Positions 62,481 through 64,000 of a stretch of 64,000 bases of DNA are shown here, in pieces; positions within the stretch are counted from its first letter, which is position 1, and each line of letters opens with the position of its first letter. The stretch spans positions 186,001 to 250,000 of the forward strand of contig NW_024704793.1 of the NCBI RefSeq assembly GCF_018977255.1. The letters run 5' to 3'. The notes under the pieces were generated by a model. The model worked only from the letters and a program-made list of their open reading frames with translations, made no database searches and was not told the DNA's origin. This DNA is from Callorhinchus milii. Its lineage: Eukaryota. Position numbers and translations under genes: made by a program.

Positions 62481-62680
62481 TGGCCTTTATTGTTATTATT
62501 ATTAAGCGCTCGTAGAGACTGCCTTACGAATTTGAAGAATGTGCTAAACATCTCTGTTTCCTTTGTCTTCAGGTGCCTGTCGCTTTATACAGCAGATGAT
62601 CTGTGAGTCCCGCCCACACGGCCACTTCCTCTTGTGGGTAAAAGTATAAGTAACAAACAGAGTAAAGAGCTGATGGTGAA

Positions 62681-63094
62681 ATGGCTTCCGTACAGGAACC
62701 AGAGAACATGAGAACTGAAGCTGCTCGTTCAATCTCTCTGGAGTTTTACACGGTTCCGGTGACTGCAGACTGTGGGCACAACTTCTGCAGAGCCTGTACT
62801 TTACAGAGTTGGGGCACAGTGTAAGGAACTGTGTCCTGTCCTCAGTGCAGGCAGTAGATTCCCCAGAGGAGTGTTCGGCCCAATCGCTTTGTGTCTAACA
62901 TTGTGAAGAGTATTGAGAGACTGAGCCTGAATCCGAGACTGGAAGAGACGGGATACCAGTGTGAAGATCATGAGGAGAAGCTGAACCTGTTTTGTGAAAC
63001 GGAACAAAGATCGTTCTGTGGGCTCTGTGCCATGTCTCGTGATGACAAGGATCACACTGTAATTTCCATTAAGGAAGCGGGTGACCTCCACAAG
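62681..63094 (+). pseudogene. TRIM (TRIM39/TRIM27-like) RING plus B-box exon, pseudogenised
   Basis: MASVQEPENMRTEAARSISLEFYTVPVTADCGHNFCRACTLQSWGTV*GTVSCPQCRQ*IPQRSVRPNR...CEDHEEKLNLFCETEQRSFCGLCAMSRDDKDH; stops at 62822 and 62855, first two RING Cys lost; acceptor at 62572, donor AAG|gtatgg. Confidence 0.9.
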
Positions 63095-63129
63095 GTATGG
63101 CATTTTGTAATAATCCTGACATTTATACA

Positions 63130-63560
63130 GCGTTGGGATACAGGAACAGGATTAGACCATTCAGTCTCTCAAGCCTGTTCCGCCACTCTATTAAATCATG
63201 ACTGATCTGTACCTCAACTCTAAATCCCCAAATGTGTGCATATCACTTTATAGTCTGACATAACAAAAGTCTAATCACCTCCGTCTTGAAAATTCAAATG
63301 GATCCAGCCATAATTCACAGCCTTTTTGTGTGAGGGAAATCCAGATTTCGAACACCATTTGCGGGAAAAAATACCTCCTTATTTCATTTATAAAGGCTTA
63401 CTTACAACTATAAAATGATATCCCTCGTTCTGGATTCTGCCAAAAAAAGTTAGTTTCCCCCGAGTTACCATCTCAAAATAATTTATCATTTCAAACACCT
63501 CAATCAGATCCACGCTCAAACTGCGAAACTCAATACAATACACACCCAGCTCATGGAAAT
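63130..63560 (-). mobile_element. CR1 3' fragment (similar piece at 55035-55410)
   Basis: ggaacaggattagaccattcagtctctcaagcctgttccgcca CR1 3' UTR reverse complement. Confidence 0.6.
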
Positions 63561-63809
63561 TGTACTGACTGTGAATGTTGTGTAAAACTGGTCACAGAGC
63601 AGCAATCTCGCTTCCCTCTGGATCAGAAGTGTATGTGTTCAAACCCTGGTGCTGGCTCGGTTGCTGCCGCCATGTTAGGTAAATGCAGAAGGACTGAGCG
63701 GCCTTGCCATATGGCTGTGCTTATGCTGCAGAATGAAATATTACAGCGCTGTCAGACAAGTGGAATATAACAAACTAATAATAACGACGCTAGCCTTTCT
63801 CCCTGTTTA

Positions 63810-64000
63810 TTTACAACAACAATATGATTACATTTTATAGCGCCTTTCATGTCGGGAAAACGTCCCAAGGCGCTGGACAGTGCACAGCCTTTCACACCCA
63901 AAGGGGGTGGCCGATGGCATGGTCGAAGTGGAGAGACTTGAGGCGGGACTTGAAGGAGGCTAAGGAGGAGGCGAGGTGGAGTGACTGGGGGATGGAATTC
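63810..64000 (-). mobile_element. L2 3' end, runs off the window
   Basis: acaacaac...atagcgcctttcatgtcggg...cccaaggcgct. Confidence 0.7.

Overview
Eukaryotic, intron-rich vertebrate DNA. The gene families and repeats (CR1 and L2 LINEs, tRNA-derived SINEs with L2-like tails, GPR139-like GPCRs) point to a cartilaginous fish; that is an inference, not proven. The window is an immune-type multigene cluster with five loci. (1) An apparently intact 13-exon CARD-like/NACHT/LRR NLR gene (+, 1168-15134, about 1123 aa) with a GC-AG first coding intron. (2,3) Two two-exon GPR139/142-like orphan GPCRs (-): one has a nonsense codon in exon 1, the other is intact. (4) A TRIM RING/B-box pseudogene exon (+). 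(5) A 15-kb minus-strand inhibitory-receptor gene that the ORF track only partly shows: signal peptide, IgV, IgC2, mucin stalk, TM and two ITIMs (43734-58636). What looks like a 7.8-kb CT-rich satellite at 47.1-55.0 kb actually contains 11 tandem copies of a 51-nt, phase-1/phase-1, Ser/Thr/Pro-rich stalk exon, each in about 50-bp minisatellite introns; only 3 copies remain fully intact. This receptor copy carries disabling lesions. All gene models were built by eye from splice sites and reading phase; no database searches were run.
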